A stretch of DNA of 64,000 bases from a virus (taxonomy: Duplodnaviria; Caudoviricetes). The stretch covers positions 23,681-87,680 of the IMG/VR virus record IMGVR_UViG_2862178590_000001; one strand, 5' to 3'. Of this stretch, positions 1 through 8,983 are shown piece after piece. The notes under the pieces were generated by a model. It was given only the letters and a program-made list of their open reading frames with translations, did no database searches and was not told where the DNA came from. Numbering within the stretch: the first letter of the stretch is position 1; each line of letters begins with the position of its first letter. The position numbers and the translations under genes were made by a program.

Positions 1-422
1 GGCGCCTGCTCGGCTCGCGCGCCCTGTGCGGCAGCGGAGAGAACCTTCAAGCCGTCGGCGCCATGGAATCCGGCCGACTCCACCATGTACATGCCGTCAG
101 CCAGCGACTTGGTGGACGTCCCGGTCTGCACCGCGATGTCCTTGACGCCCTGGGAGACCTTGCCGAGGTTCGCCTGCGACTCGCCGGCCGTCGTCACCAA
201 CTTCTGCATGGACGCCTGAAAATCACCAGCCATCTTGACGCTGACAACTGCGACGCCGACGCCGACCGCGGCAGTCTCGGCACCAACTTTCGACATGGCC
301 GCCGAGACGCCGCCCATCTTGGCGGTGAACGACTCGCCCTCGGTCGCGGCCGTGCGCATACCCGAGGCGAACGGCGCGGTTTCTGCCCGCAGAATCACGA
401 ACAGGTCGGCGACCTCGGTCAC
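1..422 (-). CDS. Tail tape measure protein, N-terminal part (runs off window)
   Basis: Manual translation from GTG at 422: TEVADLFVILRAETAPFASGMRTAA...MAGDFQASMQKLVTTAGESQANLGKVSQGVKDIAVQTGTSTKSLADGMYMVESAG, typical TP901-like TMP start; purine-rich RBS upstream; not in ORF track because it is open at the edge. Confidence 0.9.
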   Translation of the reverse strand, partial: MTEVADLFVILRAETAPFASGMRTAATEGESFTAKMGGVSAAMSKVGAETAAVGVGVAVVSVKMAGDFQASMQKLVTTAGESQANLGKVSQGVKDIAVQTGTSTKSLADGMYMVESAGFHGADGLKVLSAAAQGARAEQA

Positions 423-465
423 GGCGCCCCCCTTTTGGATGGTCGGGTGGCGCCGGGGCCGTCGG

Positions 466-930
466 TCAGGCGACGCGTGTCCAGCCGGCTCCGTAGGCCT
501 CGGTGTAGATGGTGGCGGCGGCGATCTTTACCGCGAAGTGGAAGGCCGGAGCGAGGAAGGGATAGACGGCCCCGTTACGCAACCCGGTCTCCAGATAGAG
601 GCCGTACTTGTTGGCCGGGGTCGGGCGGCGCCCGTAGGGCGGCGTGAAACCAACTCCGGTGCCGACTTTGGTCTCCCAGCCGGTGCCGACCTGCACGATG
701 GGGCTATGGGTGATTGACCGGCGGAGTGTGCCGGAGATGATGGCGGGCCCCGAGCCCGGCCGCGCGGGGGTGCGCGTGCCGTATGCGTGCCGCCCCGACG
801 ATGCATTGATCTTTGCTTGCTTCTCGACGGCAGCAGCGAGCGGCTCCAGGGCGATACGGCCCCGAATCCGGCCCTCTTCCGACAGCTTCGCGAAGATCGC
901 TGTGAATTCTCCCGGCTTCAGTTCCGGCAT
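466..930 (-). CDS. HK97 gp10-like neck/tail completion protein
   Basis: 154 aa with SGTLRRSITH, VGTGV and YGLYLETG...YPFLAPA motifs typical of gp10-like proteins. Confidence 0.75.
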   Translation of the reverse strand: MPELKPGEFTAIFAKLSEEGRIRGRIALEPLAAAVEKQAKINASSGRHAYGTRTPARPGSGPAIISGTLRRSITHSPIVQVGTGWETKVGTGVGFTPPYGRRPTPANKYGLYLETGLRNGAVYPFLAPAFHFAVKIAAATIYTEAYGAGWTRVA

Positions 931-933
931 GGT

Positions 934-1149
934 TCACCCCATTCGCTGCGCCCGGTCGGCCTGGCGCTGCATGCGGTCGTTCTCTGCCTGCTCACGCTCG
1001 GCCAGTGCGTTGAGGAAGTCCAACGTGTATCGGCGCACGTACATAGGGGTGGCCTGGAGCTCGTCCCAGGACCATTTCATGCGTTTCATGAGGATGAAGT
1101 CGCCCCATTCGGCGGGAGCCCCGTCGGAACCCCAAGTGCCTTCGATCAT
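934..1149 (-). CDS. Tail assembly chaperone, C-terminal (T-like) segment
   Basis: WSWDELQATPMYVRRYTLDFL motif; directly after the G-like chaperone; frame stays open upstream to about 1227. Confidence 0.7.
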   Translation of the reverse strand: MIEGTWGSDGAPAEWGDFILMKRMKWSWDELQATPMYVRRYTLDFLNALAEREQAENDRMQRQADRAQRMG

Positions 1150-1196
1150 CGACTCGACAGGCAGCAGGACGTCCTCGAAGTACTCCGAGCCGGGGC

Positions 1197-1613
1197 CTAC
1201 GAAGGGTCGGCGACCTTCGCGAGCTCCTCACCGATGCGGTTGATGATGGCCATGGGCAGGCGGGCCACATTCTCCGCGGTGATGTCCGTCATCAGTGTCT
1301 GATCTACGGTTTCGAGGGCATCCAGCTGCTCCGCAAGGGCCTCGGGGTCGGCGTCGAGATCGATGGTGACCGCGGCGGCCGGTGCGCTTGCGTCGTACAC
1401 GCGCCACGCGACGATCAGGTTGGCCATGACCTTGTACATGGCCTCGTTGGCTGCCTGCGGATCGAGCGGGTTGCCTTGGGCGTCGACCGCGATGTCCTGT
1501 GGGGTGAGTTCGGACGGGGGCAGCAGCTTCGGGTTGCGGATCAGGACGCTGACCCGGTCGCCGAGCTTCGGGAAGGCCAACAGGATGACGCGGCTGGTGT
1601 ATCCGGCGGACAT
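1197..1613 (-). CDS. Tail assembly chaperone (G-like)
   Basis: 138 aa between tail tube and tape measure genes; AGGAG RBS. Confidence 0.75.
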   Translation of the reverse strand: MSAGYTSRVILLAFPKLGDRVSVLIRNPKLLPPSELTPQDIAVDAQGNPLDPQAANEAMYKVMANLIVAWRVYDASAPAAAVTIDLDADPEALAEQLDALETVDQTLMTDITAENVARLPMAIINRIGEELAKVADPS

Positions 1614-1700
1614 GGTTCTCCTTGCGGGTGAGGGCGTTGAGGGCGTGGTCCCTGGCCAGGCGCGACGCCCTCACGCGCGGCCCGACCAGGGAGTTGATCT

Positions 1701-2846
1701 CTAGTACGAGGTGGTCTGGTAGTTCTTCAGCACCGCCTGGACGGCACCGCCGTCGGTCGTGTTGTAGATCCCAGAGAGGCTGAAGTCGCCCTGCACGTAG
1801 GCCGATCCGAAGTCTCGCTTGCCCTTGTACCAGCCCGACTTGGACATGGTCAGGGACAGGGACTGGCCGCCGCGGGCCACCGGCTGCGCGAGCGCCGCCG
1901 TGGCCGCGGTCTGCGTGTAGTTGAGGTACAGGTTCATGTCGAGCTGGTTCTCGAAAATGCACTTGTAGGTGCCGTCGACCTCGATCGGCCCGGCGAACAC
2001 CTCGCGCGGCGTCTGCGTACCATCACTGCTGGCGATGGCTTCGGTGGCGCGCTTGACGGTCGCGTCGAACGACAGGCCGCGCGTCGAGCTGGCCCCGCCG
2101 TTGGTCATGGTCCAGGACCAGCCGAGCAGCGGGTCATAGGTGCTGAACGTCTCCGACTGGGTGGTCTGCACGACGGACGGGAACGACACGTACTTCAGCG
2201 ACGCAGTGACCACACCCTTCGGGTCAATCTTCAACTGGAGGTCGGAGAGGCGGCAGTACGAGCACGACAGTGTCTGCGTCGTGTCGTAGATCGTCAGCGA
2301 GTACGTCGGCAGCGGGGTCGTGGACTGCTTGAACGTGTGCGTGGTCTGCGACACCACGGTCACCGCCGAGTTGTGTCCCTGCGTCAGGCCCGTCGCCGGG
2401 ACCGTGATCGGGATCGTGTACGGGCCTGAACCCGTCGGCGTCCCGGTGGTGGCGTACTCCACCTTGGTACCGGTATCGATCGCGATGATCGACCCAACGG
2501 GAATCGTCGCCGCCGTCGAAATCGACGTCGCCCCGGCAATCGTCGACGACGACAGCGTCGTGGACACCCCCGGCGTCACGACGTCCGGGCCGATGATCCC
2601 CGCCAGGAAGTGGCCCATCAGATCGGGATAGGCCATGACGTCCAACTGCCACTCGGCGTGAACGACGCCCTGGTACATGCCCTGCAGCACCGTGTCATTG
2701 CCGCGGACGGACTCGTCCTTCAGCTCGGTGAACATGTCCTCGAAGTCGCCCTTGGTGAAAGGGATTCCGACCGTGGGAGCCAGCCACGTGCCCGGGGTGA
2801 CCTCCCTGGAGAGGCCGACAGTAGCGAGACGACTGATCTGGGTCAC
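1701..2846 (-). CDS. Major tail (tube) protein
   Basis: 381 aa Thr/Ser/Gly-rich; N-terminal GLSREVTPGTW and ESVRG motifs; upstream of chaperones. Confidence 0.85.
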   Translation of the reverse strand: MTQISRLATVGLSREVTPGTWLAPTVGIPFTKGDFEDMFTELKDESVRGNDTVLQGMYQGVVHAEWQLDVMAYPDLMGHFLAGIIGPDVVTPGVSTTLSSSTIAGATSISTAATIPVGSIIAIDTGTKVEYATTGTPTGSGPYTIPITVPATGLTQGHNSAVTVVSQTTHTFKQSTTPLPTYSLTIYDTTQTLSCSYCRLSDLQLKIDPKGVVTASLKYVSFPSVVQTTQSETFSTYDPLLGWSWTMTNGGASSTRGLSFDATVKRATEAIASSDGTQTPREVFAGPIEVDGTYKCIFENQLDMNLYLNYTQTAATAALAQPVARGGQSLSLTMSKSGWYKGKRDFGSAYVQGDFSLSGIYNTTDGGAVQAVLKNYQTTSY

Positions 2847-3058
2847 GGCTGCGGCTCCTCACCGACGGGCGCCGACTCGGCGGGCGCGGCCTTCTTGCTG
2901 CGGGTGGTCTTGGGGGCATCCGCCTCGCCGGGCGGCGCGTCCTCGACGGGTTCGAAACCGGCGATCGGGTGGGGCCAGTCGACGGTGTCGCCGGGCTGGA
3001 CGGTCGCCGGGATGTCCGGCACGTCCACCGCGGCCTCGTGGGTACTGCGCTGAAGCAC
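2843..3058 (-). CDS. Small acidic/Pro-rich hypothetical virion-region protein
   Basis: 71 aa, stop overlaps tail tube start. Confidence 0.6.
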   Translation of the reverse strand: MLQRSTHEAAVDVPDIPATVQPGDTVDWPHPIAGFEPVEDAPPGEADAPKTTRSKKAAPAESAPVGEEPQP

Positions 3059-3071
3059 GGGGGCCTCCGGG

Positions 3072-3102
3072 CATGCGAAAGACCCCCGCGACAGCAGGGG
3101 CC
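3072..3102 (-). terminator. Hairpin followed by TTTCGCATG on minus strand
   Basis: Short CCCCC/GGGGG stem with the same tail as the hairpins at 6871-6953. Confidence 0.4.
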
Positions 3103-3117
3103 AGAACGGGGTGAAGG

Positions 3118-3600
3118 TCAGCCGGTGATCTCGGTGTCGTCGGCGAAGTAGGTGATTTCGGCGTGGAATTCGGCGAAGCCGAGCGTCTGCTCGGGGTCGG
3201 TGAACCGCACCGTCACGTACTCGGGGTTCTCGGCCACGGACAGGAACCGACCGCCGTGGGACTTGTCGCCGACAAAGCCGCCGATGCGGGTCAGCAGCAG
3301 GTCGACGGCTGTATCGAAGGCCCGCTGATCGTCCTCGGCACGGCCCTGGCCGCTACTCAGCGGCCAGACCAGCTTGAGGGCGAACTCGTAGGTGGGCATC
3401 CTTCGGACGTGCGCGAACCGTTTCTCGTGGATCTGACGCCTGAGGACGAACACGTTCGAGGAGCGCTTGCCGGGGGTTCTCGGCTGGTACGCCTGGATGT
3501 TGCCCCACGGGCCGCCCACACTGGCCAACAGCGCCGGCAGGCCGTCGCCGGACGCGTTCAGCCAGGCGACCTCGCGGTCCACCGCGTCAGCAGTCGACAC
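3118..3600 (-). CDS. Putative tail terminator/completion protein
   Basis: 160 aa in neck region upstream of tail tube; positional inference. Confidence 0.55.
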   Translation of the reverse strand: MSTADAVDREVAWLNASGDGLPALLASVGGPWGNIQAYQPRTPGKRSSNVFVLRRQIHEKRFAHVRRMPTYEFALKLVWPLSSGQGRAEDDQRAFDTAVDLLLTRIGGFVGDKSHGGRFLSVAENPEYVTVRFTDPEQTLGFAEFHAEITYFADDTEITG

Positions 3601-3603
3601 GCC

Positions 3604-4128
3604 TCACCTCCTGCGGCGTCGTGTGCGGATGCGGGTGGACTTCTTTACGTGGTGGCGGCCGAAGTGCGTGCCCCGGTGGTGTCGCAGCCCGAACCGAGTC
3701 GTGCGGTTGTGGTGGTGGCGGAGCCCGAAATGAGTGGCCATGCGGCTGACGCGCTTCCGTCCGCTACGGGTGCGGTGCGCTGTGGTGGTCCTGTGCCCGG
3801 CCACCCGTGGATGCGTCGTCCCGGGACGTCGCCCGGCCGTCGGGTGATGCCGCCCTTTCAGCCGGGACGAGATCTTCGCCCGTGTCGCCGCGGACACCGC
3901 GTGCCCTTTGTGGTGGCGGCCCTTGAGCTTGGCGGAGATCTTCGCCCGGGTGGTTGCCGAGAGGCGGTGTCCCTTGTGGCGGGGGTGTTTGCCCCTGAGG
4001 GCGCGGGCGATCTTGGCGCGTGCCGCTGCCGAGATCTTGTGGCCCTTGTGGGGGTGTTTCTTGCCCTTCATGCGGGCCGAGAGTTTCGCCCGGGTTGCGG
4101 CCGACACCACCCGCTTGCGGCGGGCCAC
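3604..4128 (-). CDS. Highly basic Arg/Lys/His-rich protein with four NUMOD3-like repeats
   Basis: Repeats SAATRAKLSARMKG, SAAARAKIARALRG, SATTRAKISAKLKG, SAATRAKISSRLKG; GGAGG RBS for the next gene lies at its 3' end. Confidence 0.75.
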   Translation of the reverse strand: MARRKRVVSAATRAKLSARMKGKKHPHKGHKISAAARAKIARALRGKHPRHKGHRLSATTRAKISAKLKGRHHKGHAVSAATRAKISSRLKGRHHPTAGRRPGTTHPRVAGHRTTTAHRTRSGRKRVSRMATHFGLRHHHNRTTRFGLRHHRGTHFGRHHVKKSTRIRTRRRRR

Positions 4129-4130
4129 GG

Positions 4131-4793
4131 TCAGCGCCGGGTGTACGGGGCGAGCATCTCCAGCGCGTCCGACCTGAGCGCGTCCGGGTCATGCCCGGAG
4201 CGTCCGTCGACGGGGTCGAGCTGCTTCACCGCCATCGACGCGGCCATGTACTGGCACGCCTGCACGAGGTCGGCGGGCACCGTGCTGTAGCCGCCCGAAT
4301 AGACCACCTGAATTGTGGTGCCCGGCGGGACGAACGTGCCCAAGGCGAAACGCACATGCCCGGTGTCAGGCTCGTACTGGATCGCCGAGACGGACACGGA
4401 CTGCTGCCCGGAGAATGACCTGAACAGGCTGATTGAGGAGATGCTGCCCGTCCACAACTCCGGGTAGCGGGGCGGGTGCTCGCGGACCCAGAAATGCCGG
4501 GTCAGCAGCGTCGAGCCGAGCGACTGGGCGCGGGAGAAGCCGAGTTGCGACGTCGGATCGAGGGGGACGTAGGCGTCCATCGCATCCTCAATGTCCATCG
4601 CGTCCGCGCGCTGCGTCTCCACCACCCCCGTAAACGGCGCCAGGCGCCGGTCGCATGCCGACTCGCAGGCGCGCGTGGCCTGGAGCATCAAGTTCGACTG
4701 GGCCGTGGTCGAGTAGCCGGACACCAGGTTCGCGAACGGGCCTTCAGTGAAGGACGCCACTGACGCAAGAGGGGTCGGATTGTCGACAGCCAA
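4131..4793 (-). CDS. Head-tail adaptor/connector (gp6-like)
   Basis: LQATRACESACDRRL and YSGGYSTVPADLVQAC motifs typical of adaptors; downstream of capsid gene. Confidence 0.75.
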   Translation of the reverse strand: MAVDNPTPLASVASFTEGPFANLVSGYSTTAQSNLMLQATRACESACDRRLAPFTGVVETQRADAMDIEDAMDAYVPLDPTSQLGFSRAQSLGSTLLTRHFWVREHPPRYPELWTGSISSISLFRSFSGQQSVSVSAIQYEPDTGHVRFALGTFVPPGTTIQVVYSGGYSTVPADLVQACQYMAASMAVKQLDPVDGRSGHDPDALRSDALEMLAPYTRR

Positions 4794-4836
4794 GCCCGCT
4801 CACCCCCTTCTTCCGTAGGCGGACGGGCGGTTGCTG

Positions 4837-5166
4837 CTACTCGGAGTTCTCGGACTGCGCCGTCTTGCGGGGGCGCCCACGTTTCGTCCGGGCCGGCGCC
4901 TCGACGACCTCGGCATCGGCCTCCGCCGCAGCCGTCTCACCGTCGTCGGCGGGTGCCTCGATCACCTCAGCAGGTGCCTCGGCGGCGGCCCCGTCCTGCT
5001 TGCCGCCGCTGGCGGCCGGCGCTTCGGCTTCGACGAAACCTGCGTCGGGGATGGCCATGAGATCGAGACCGAGGTCGTCAGGGACCTCCACCACGTCCTG
5101 ATCCGTGTTCCACACCAGATCACCGGGGGCCGTGCCCGGCACCAGCCGGGTCTTGCGAAGCCACAT
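4837..5166 (-). CDS. Acidic hypothetical head-region protein
   Basis: 109 aa with AGGAGG RBS; ends in KRGRPRK motif. Confidence 0.65.
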   Translation of the reverse strand: MWLRKTRLVPGTAPGDLVWNTDQDVVEVPDDLGLDLMAIPDAGFVEAEAPAASGGKQDGAAAEAPAEVIEAPADDGETAAAEADAEVVEAPARTKRGRPRKTAQSENSE

Positions 5167-5413
5167 CTGCCTGCCCTCCTGTCGTCTTCGCTGTCTTCTT
5201 CACGGATTTCAGCAGCTTCTTGAGGAGCTTCTTCTCCGTCTTGTCCAGCTGCTTGGGGTCCTGGATGGCTTCCCAGCGGCGGAAGAAGTCCTCCTCGAAG
5301 GAGACGTGCGCTGGGCACACCATGTAGCCCTTGACGATCGTCTGCGCCGGAACCTGGTCGCCGTGGAACAAGTCCACGACACACAGACCGGGCGGGGGCG
5401 GCATGTCCGCCAC
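5120..5413 (-). CDS. Hypothetical protein downstream of capsid gene
   Basis: 97 aa, GGAGG upstream of GTG; overlaps next gene by 47 nt. Confidence 0.55.
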   Translation of the reverse strand: MADMPPPPGLCVVDLFHGDQVPAQTIVKGYMVCPAHVSFEEDFFRRWEAIQDPKQLDKTEKKLLKKLLKSVKKTAKTTGGQADVASQDPAGAGHGPR

Positions 5414-5489
5414 AGGAGACCTCCAGGAATGGCGAGAGGCCCGCGCGCGGCGCGGGCCTCTCGGGGGGGGGCGAACCGTCGACCGGCCC

Positions 5490-6854
5490 TTACAGGGCTG
5501 CGGCCACTCGCGAGAGCCTCCCGACGTACTTAGGCGCCCGGACAGCGAGCGTCGAGTCCGTCAATACAGCGAACGGGAGCGAGTCGGGGCTGGTGACGGT
5601 AGGCGCCAGCGGCAGGATCTGCATGTCGCGCACGTAGGGGCGGACCAGGAAGTTCGGGTCCCTCGGCACGAGGTAGATGTCCTCCTGTGCGGCGTTGCCC
5701 GAGGAGCGGGGCAGCGCACCGGTGTTGGTGCCCTGGTAGCCGGTCGCGCCGGTGTTGCCGGAACTGTTGGTGAGCAGGTTCGACCCGATGTCGATGATCG
5801 AGGTGACCGCAGTGCCGGTCGTGTCGAATGCGTCGACGGTACCGAGGAGGGACTCGGTGCCGGTCGACGTGGACCGGTAGACCTTGTACAGGATCGGGGA
5901 GGCGCCGTCCGGCAGGCCGGTCGGCGTGGAGAAGCTCAGGGTCACGGTGGAGGTGGTGCCGGTGGTGACCTGGGAGACCTCAGTGGACGCACCGATCTCA
6001 CCGAACCGCGCCACGACAGCGGAGACCTTGTAGTAGTAGGTCGCCGCCGCGAGGCTGCCGCCGGTGGTGGCGGTCGCCGTGGCGACGGTGCTCATGGTGT
6101 TGGTGCGCGGCGACAGGAACGACGACCTGATGATGGGGATGTCGCGGTACGTCGGCACGTTCAGGCCGCCGCCGAGCGCGGTGGTGGGTGCGGTGAATCG
6201 CTGCTGGGCGACGAACGCCTGCGACACGGCCGAGGCCATGCGCGGCGACATGACGAGCATGAAGTTCGAGCCGGGCAACATCGCGGCGTTGGTGTCCACC
6301 AGGTCGATGAGCTGGTCGAGGTAGTGCAGCGAAAAGCTGCTGTTGACGTCGATGGCGTTGACGTAGTTGTTGGAGCCGGCGCCCGCCGTCCAGTTGCTGA
6401 CGAGGTAGTCCAGGCCGGAGCAGATCGGGTACTGGCCGTTCGCGGTGGCGCCGTCGCTGCCCCAGATGAACGAGTTCTCCAGGGTGTACAGCATTGACGT
6501 GACGGTGCCGTCGAGTTCGATCTGCCGGAGGTCACCTACGACGTCCCTCGTGACCGCCTGGGCGAAGCCGGTCACGGCGCCGACGGCCTGGAACAAGCGG
6601 ATGTTGAACACGGCCTGCTCGTAGGTGCTGTTGCCGATCGGGCGGGCGCCGCCGTCGACGACACCACCGGAGTCCGGGCGGGACACGCGGCGGTTGAAGA
6701 AGTACTGCGTGCTGTTCCAGGCGCGGGTGGGGATCACCGCGAGGAGCGGCGAGTACCGGCGCTGGTATTCCAGGAGCAGTGGGTCGATGCTCTTGGGGAT
6801 AAGCGGACTTACGGCACCTGCCGTAGTGATGGCTTCTTCCAGCTCAGTGGGCAT
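5490..6854 (-). CDS. Major capsid protein (HK97 fold) with internal Ig/FN3-like insertion
   Basis: 454 aa, AAAAGGAGG RBS, follows protease/scaffold; N-terminal half resembles HK97-fold capsid proteins; central beta-rich YYYKVSAV...YKVYRST segment. Confidence 0.88.
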   Translation of the reverse strand: MPTELEEAITTAGAVSPLIPKSIDPLLLEYQRRYSPLLAVIPTRAWNSTQYFFNRRVSRPDSGGVVDGGARPIGNSTYEQAVFNIRLFQAVGAVTGFAQAVTRDVVGDLRQIELDGTVTSMLYTLENSFIWGSDGATANGQYPICSGLDYLVSNWTAGAGSNNYVNAIDVNSSFSLHYLDQLIDLVDTNAAMLPGSNFMLVMSPRMASAVSQAFVAQQRFTAPTTALGGGLNVPTYRDIPIIRSSFLSPRTNTMSTVATATATTGGSLAAATYYYKVSAVVARFGEIGASTEVSQVTTGTTSTVTLSFSTPTGLPDGASPILYKVYRSTSTGTESLLGTVDAFDTTGTAVTSIIDIGSNLLTNSSGNTGATGYQGTNTGALPRSSGNAAQEDIYLVPRDPNFLVRPYVRDMQILPLAPTVTSPDSLPFAVLTDSTLAVRAPKYVGRLSRVAAAL

Positions 6855-6870
6855 GGAAGCGCCTCCTTTT

Positions 6871-6953
6871 CATGCGAAAGCCCCGCACCGTGGTGGCCGG
6901 GCGGGGCTGGAAGTGACGGGGGATGCGAAAGGCCCCACCGGGGGTGAGGCCTT
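6871..6953 (-). terminator. Two tandem hairpins between scaffold and capsid genes
   Basis: Stems AGCCCCGC/GCGGGGCT and AAGGCC/GGCCTT, each followed on the minus strand by TTTCGCAT. Confidence 0.55.
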
Positions 6954-6970
6954 GGAGGAGGTGCTGCTGC

Positions 6971-8983
6971 CTACTGGGCGGCGTTCTGGGGGGCTGCGGG
7001 GATGCCGATGGCGCCGAGGAGGATGCTCGCCCGGTCCTCGAACAGGTCGGCTGCGGTGTCGGGGGCCTTGTCGTTCTCGTGGACGCGGTAGCCCTGGCGC
7101 GCGGGGAGGCCGTTCTCGCGGAGGAGGGTCTCGCGCAGTTCGTCGCGCTGCTGGGTGAGCGCTTCGGTGAGCTTGGCGTCGAAGGAGGCCTGGAGATCGG
7201 CGACGGTCTCTGCGAGGGCGGCCTTGCGTGCCTTCTTCGACTCCTTGGCCTCCTTGGCGGGCTTCGCCTCGGCGGTCTCCTTGGCTTCGGTCTGCGGCTG
7301 TGCGGGGGCCTTCTCGCCGACGGCGGCGAGGACCGGGGCCATGGCTTCCTTGAGGCTGTTGCCGAAGATCGCGCCGAGAGCTGCGAGGTCGGCGTCGGTG
7401 AGAGACCGGGCGGGGGCTGCCTCGGCCTGGGTGGATTCCTTGGTGGGCTCGCCCATGGCGGCCTCCTCCTCGGTGTTGGTGGTGGCCGCGCCCTGGGCGG
7501 GCGGGGCGGTCTCTGCGGGGGCGTCGGTCGCGGGGCGATCGGCCGGGAAGGGCCGGTATGACCCCGCTCCCTTCGCCTCCTGGCGCAGGAGGATGCGTAG
7601 GACGGCCTCATCGAGGCCATCCAGGTCCGAGGGCCTCGGGCGCATCTGATTCGACACGAGGTTCTGCAGAGCGCTATCTGTGAGGGCGCCTTCTCCGGCC
7701 TGGATGCGTACCTCGTTGACGGTTTGGAAGCCAGCCGGGGCGGATTCCATGCTGTCGTCCGCGCTCACGCCTTCGTCGCCGCTGTCGCCGTCGGTGTCGG
7801 CGTGGGGGGCGCCGTCGATGTCGATGTCGGCGTCCATGTCGGGGTCCATCGCCTGGAGGGCGTCGACGGCGGCGGTCATGGCGGCGGCGGTGATGACGCG
7901 GAGTTCGGCGGGGTCGATGCCGCAGGCGCGCATGGTGAGGGAGATCGGGCCGTTGTAGGCGTCGATGCAGAATCCTGCGCCGCCGCCGGGTCCGTCGGGG
8001 TAGTACTCGCGGATCTCCCCGAGCCGGGTACTGGCGGTCTCCTTCATGCTGCCGTCCTTGTTCCAGGTGTCGGGGATCATGCCGGTGAGGCCGAGGGCCT
8101 TGGCGCGGGCGATGATGTGGGCGCGGATCCGGTCGTGGTCGGCGCCGCCCCGGCCAACTGCCTTGATGGCCTTGCGGAGATCCGACTTGGACTTGATGGG
8201 GTACGACGGATCGCCCTGGGCGTTGGTCATCGCCTGGCCCTTGTCGGCCATGTCGCGCTTCTGCTTCGCCGAGTACGCCTCGTTCGCGACGATCGTGCGG
8301 GCGGCTGCCGCGATCTGCTGCCCCCAGGTCGGGTCAACCCGTTCCTGGTTCCAGGTGAGCGCAAGCTCTCCGACCGGGCCGTCTGCGGTGATGCGGTGGA
8401 ACTCGTGCGGGCCCGCAGGCGGCGCCTCTTCGGTGATGGGCTCGACGGTGGCTTCGATGCTTTCGCTGATCGGCGTGCGCCCGGCCATCGACTCGGCCGG
8501 TGCACGACCATCCAGGTACGAGGCTGCGGCCACCGACGCGCCAGGCACACCGGGGGTCGCCGTGAAGTCCAGCGCGTCGATCTCCAGGTCGTCTCCGGTG
8601 GTGACGCTCTCGCCGTCGTGCTTGACCTGCTTGACCGGGCCGAGCCAGTAACCGTGGATAGACACGGACTTGAGAGCGGGTTCCTTGCCGGTGATGAGGG
8701 CCGCGATGTCGCGCCCGGCCGCCGTGTCGTAGAGGTCGGCGCGGTAGCGGGCCGCGCCGTCTTCGCCGACCTTGACGTCGGTGAGGCGGCCGACGATGCG
8801 GGTGCTGTCATCCCCGGCCTCGTGGTGCGAACGCATGACGATGGGCAGACCGTCGGGGTCGGCGATCCGCTCGGACATCCGCGCAGCCGCCTTGGCGATC
8901 AACTCGGCTGAGTACAGGCGTCGGTTACGGGACACGCCGGGGGTGAGCATCGTGCCCGAGATGGTGGCGATCCGCTTGTCCAC
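6971..8983 (-). CDS. Prohead protease-scaffold fusion protein
   Basis: N-terminal SRNRRLYS, HH, SVSIHG, LDFTATPGV protease-like motifs; C-terminal Ala/Glu/Lys helical scaffold-like tail. Confidence 0.85.
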   Translation of the reverse strand: MDKRIATISGTMLTPGVSRNRRLYSAELIAKAAARMSERIADPDGLPIVMRSHHEAGDDSTRIVGRLTDVKVGEDGAARYRADLYDTAAGRDIAALITGKEPALKSVSIHGYWLGPVKQVKHDGESVTTGDDLEIDALDFTATPGVPGASVAAASYLDGRAPAESMAGRTPISESIEATVEPITEEAPPAGPHEFHRITADGPVGELALTWNQERVDPTWGQQIAAAARTIVANEAYSAKQKRDMADKGQAMTNAQGDPSYPIKSKSDLRKAIKAVGRGGADHDRIRAHIIARAKALGLTGMIPDTWNKDGSMKETASTRLGEIREYYPDGPGGGAGFCIDAYNGPISLTMRACGIDPAELRVITAAAMTAAVDALQAMDPDMDADIDIDGAPHADTDGDSGDEGVSADDSMESAPAGFQTVNEVRIQAGEGALTDSALQNLVSNQMRPRPSDLDGLDEAVLRILLRQEAKGAGSYRPFPADRPATDAPAETAPPAQGAATTNTEEEAAMGEPTKESTQAEAAPARSLTDADLAALGAIFGNSLKEAMAPVLAAVGEKAPAQPQTEAKETAEAKPAKEAKESKKARKAALAETVADLQASFDAKLTEALTQQRDELRETLLRENGLPARQGYRVHENDKAPDTAADLFEDRASILLGAIGIPAAPQNAAQ

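Noticed and set aside
5120-5490. Frameshift extension of the capsid protein into the downstream ORF
   Set aside because: The capsid ends in TAA about 76 nt before the next ORF, which has its own RBS; no slippery site seen.
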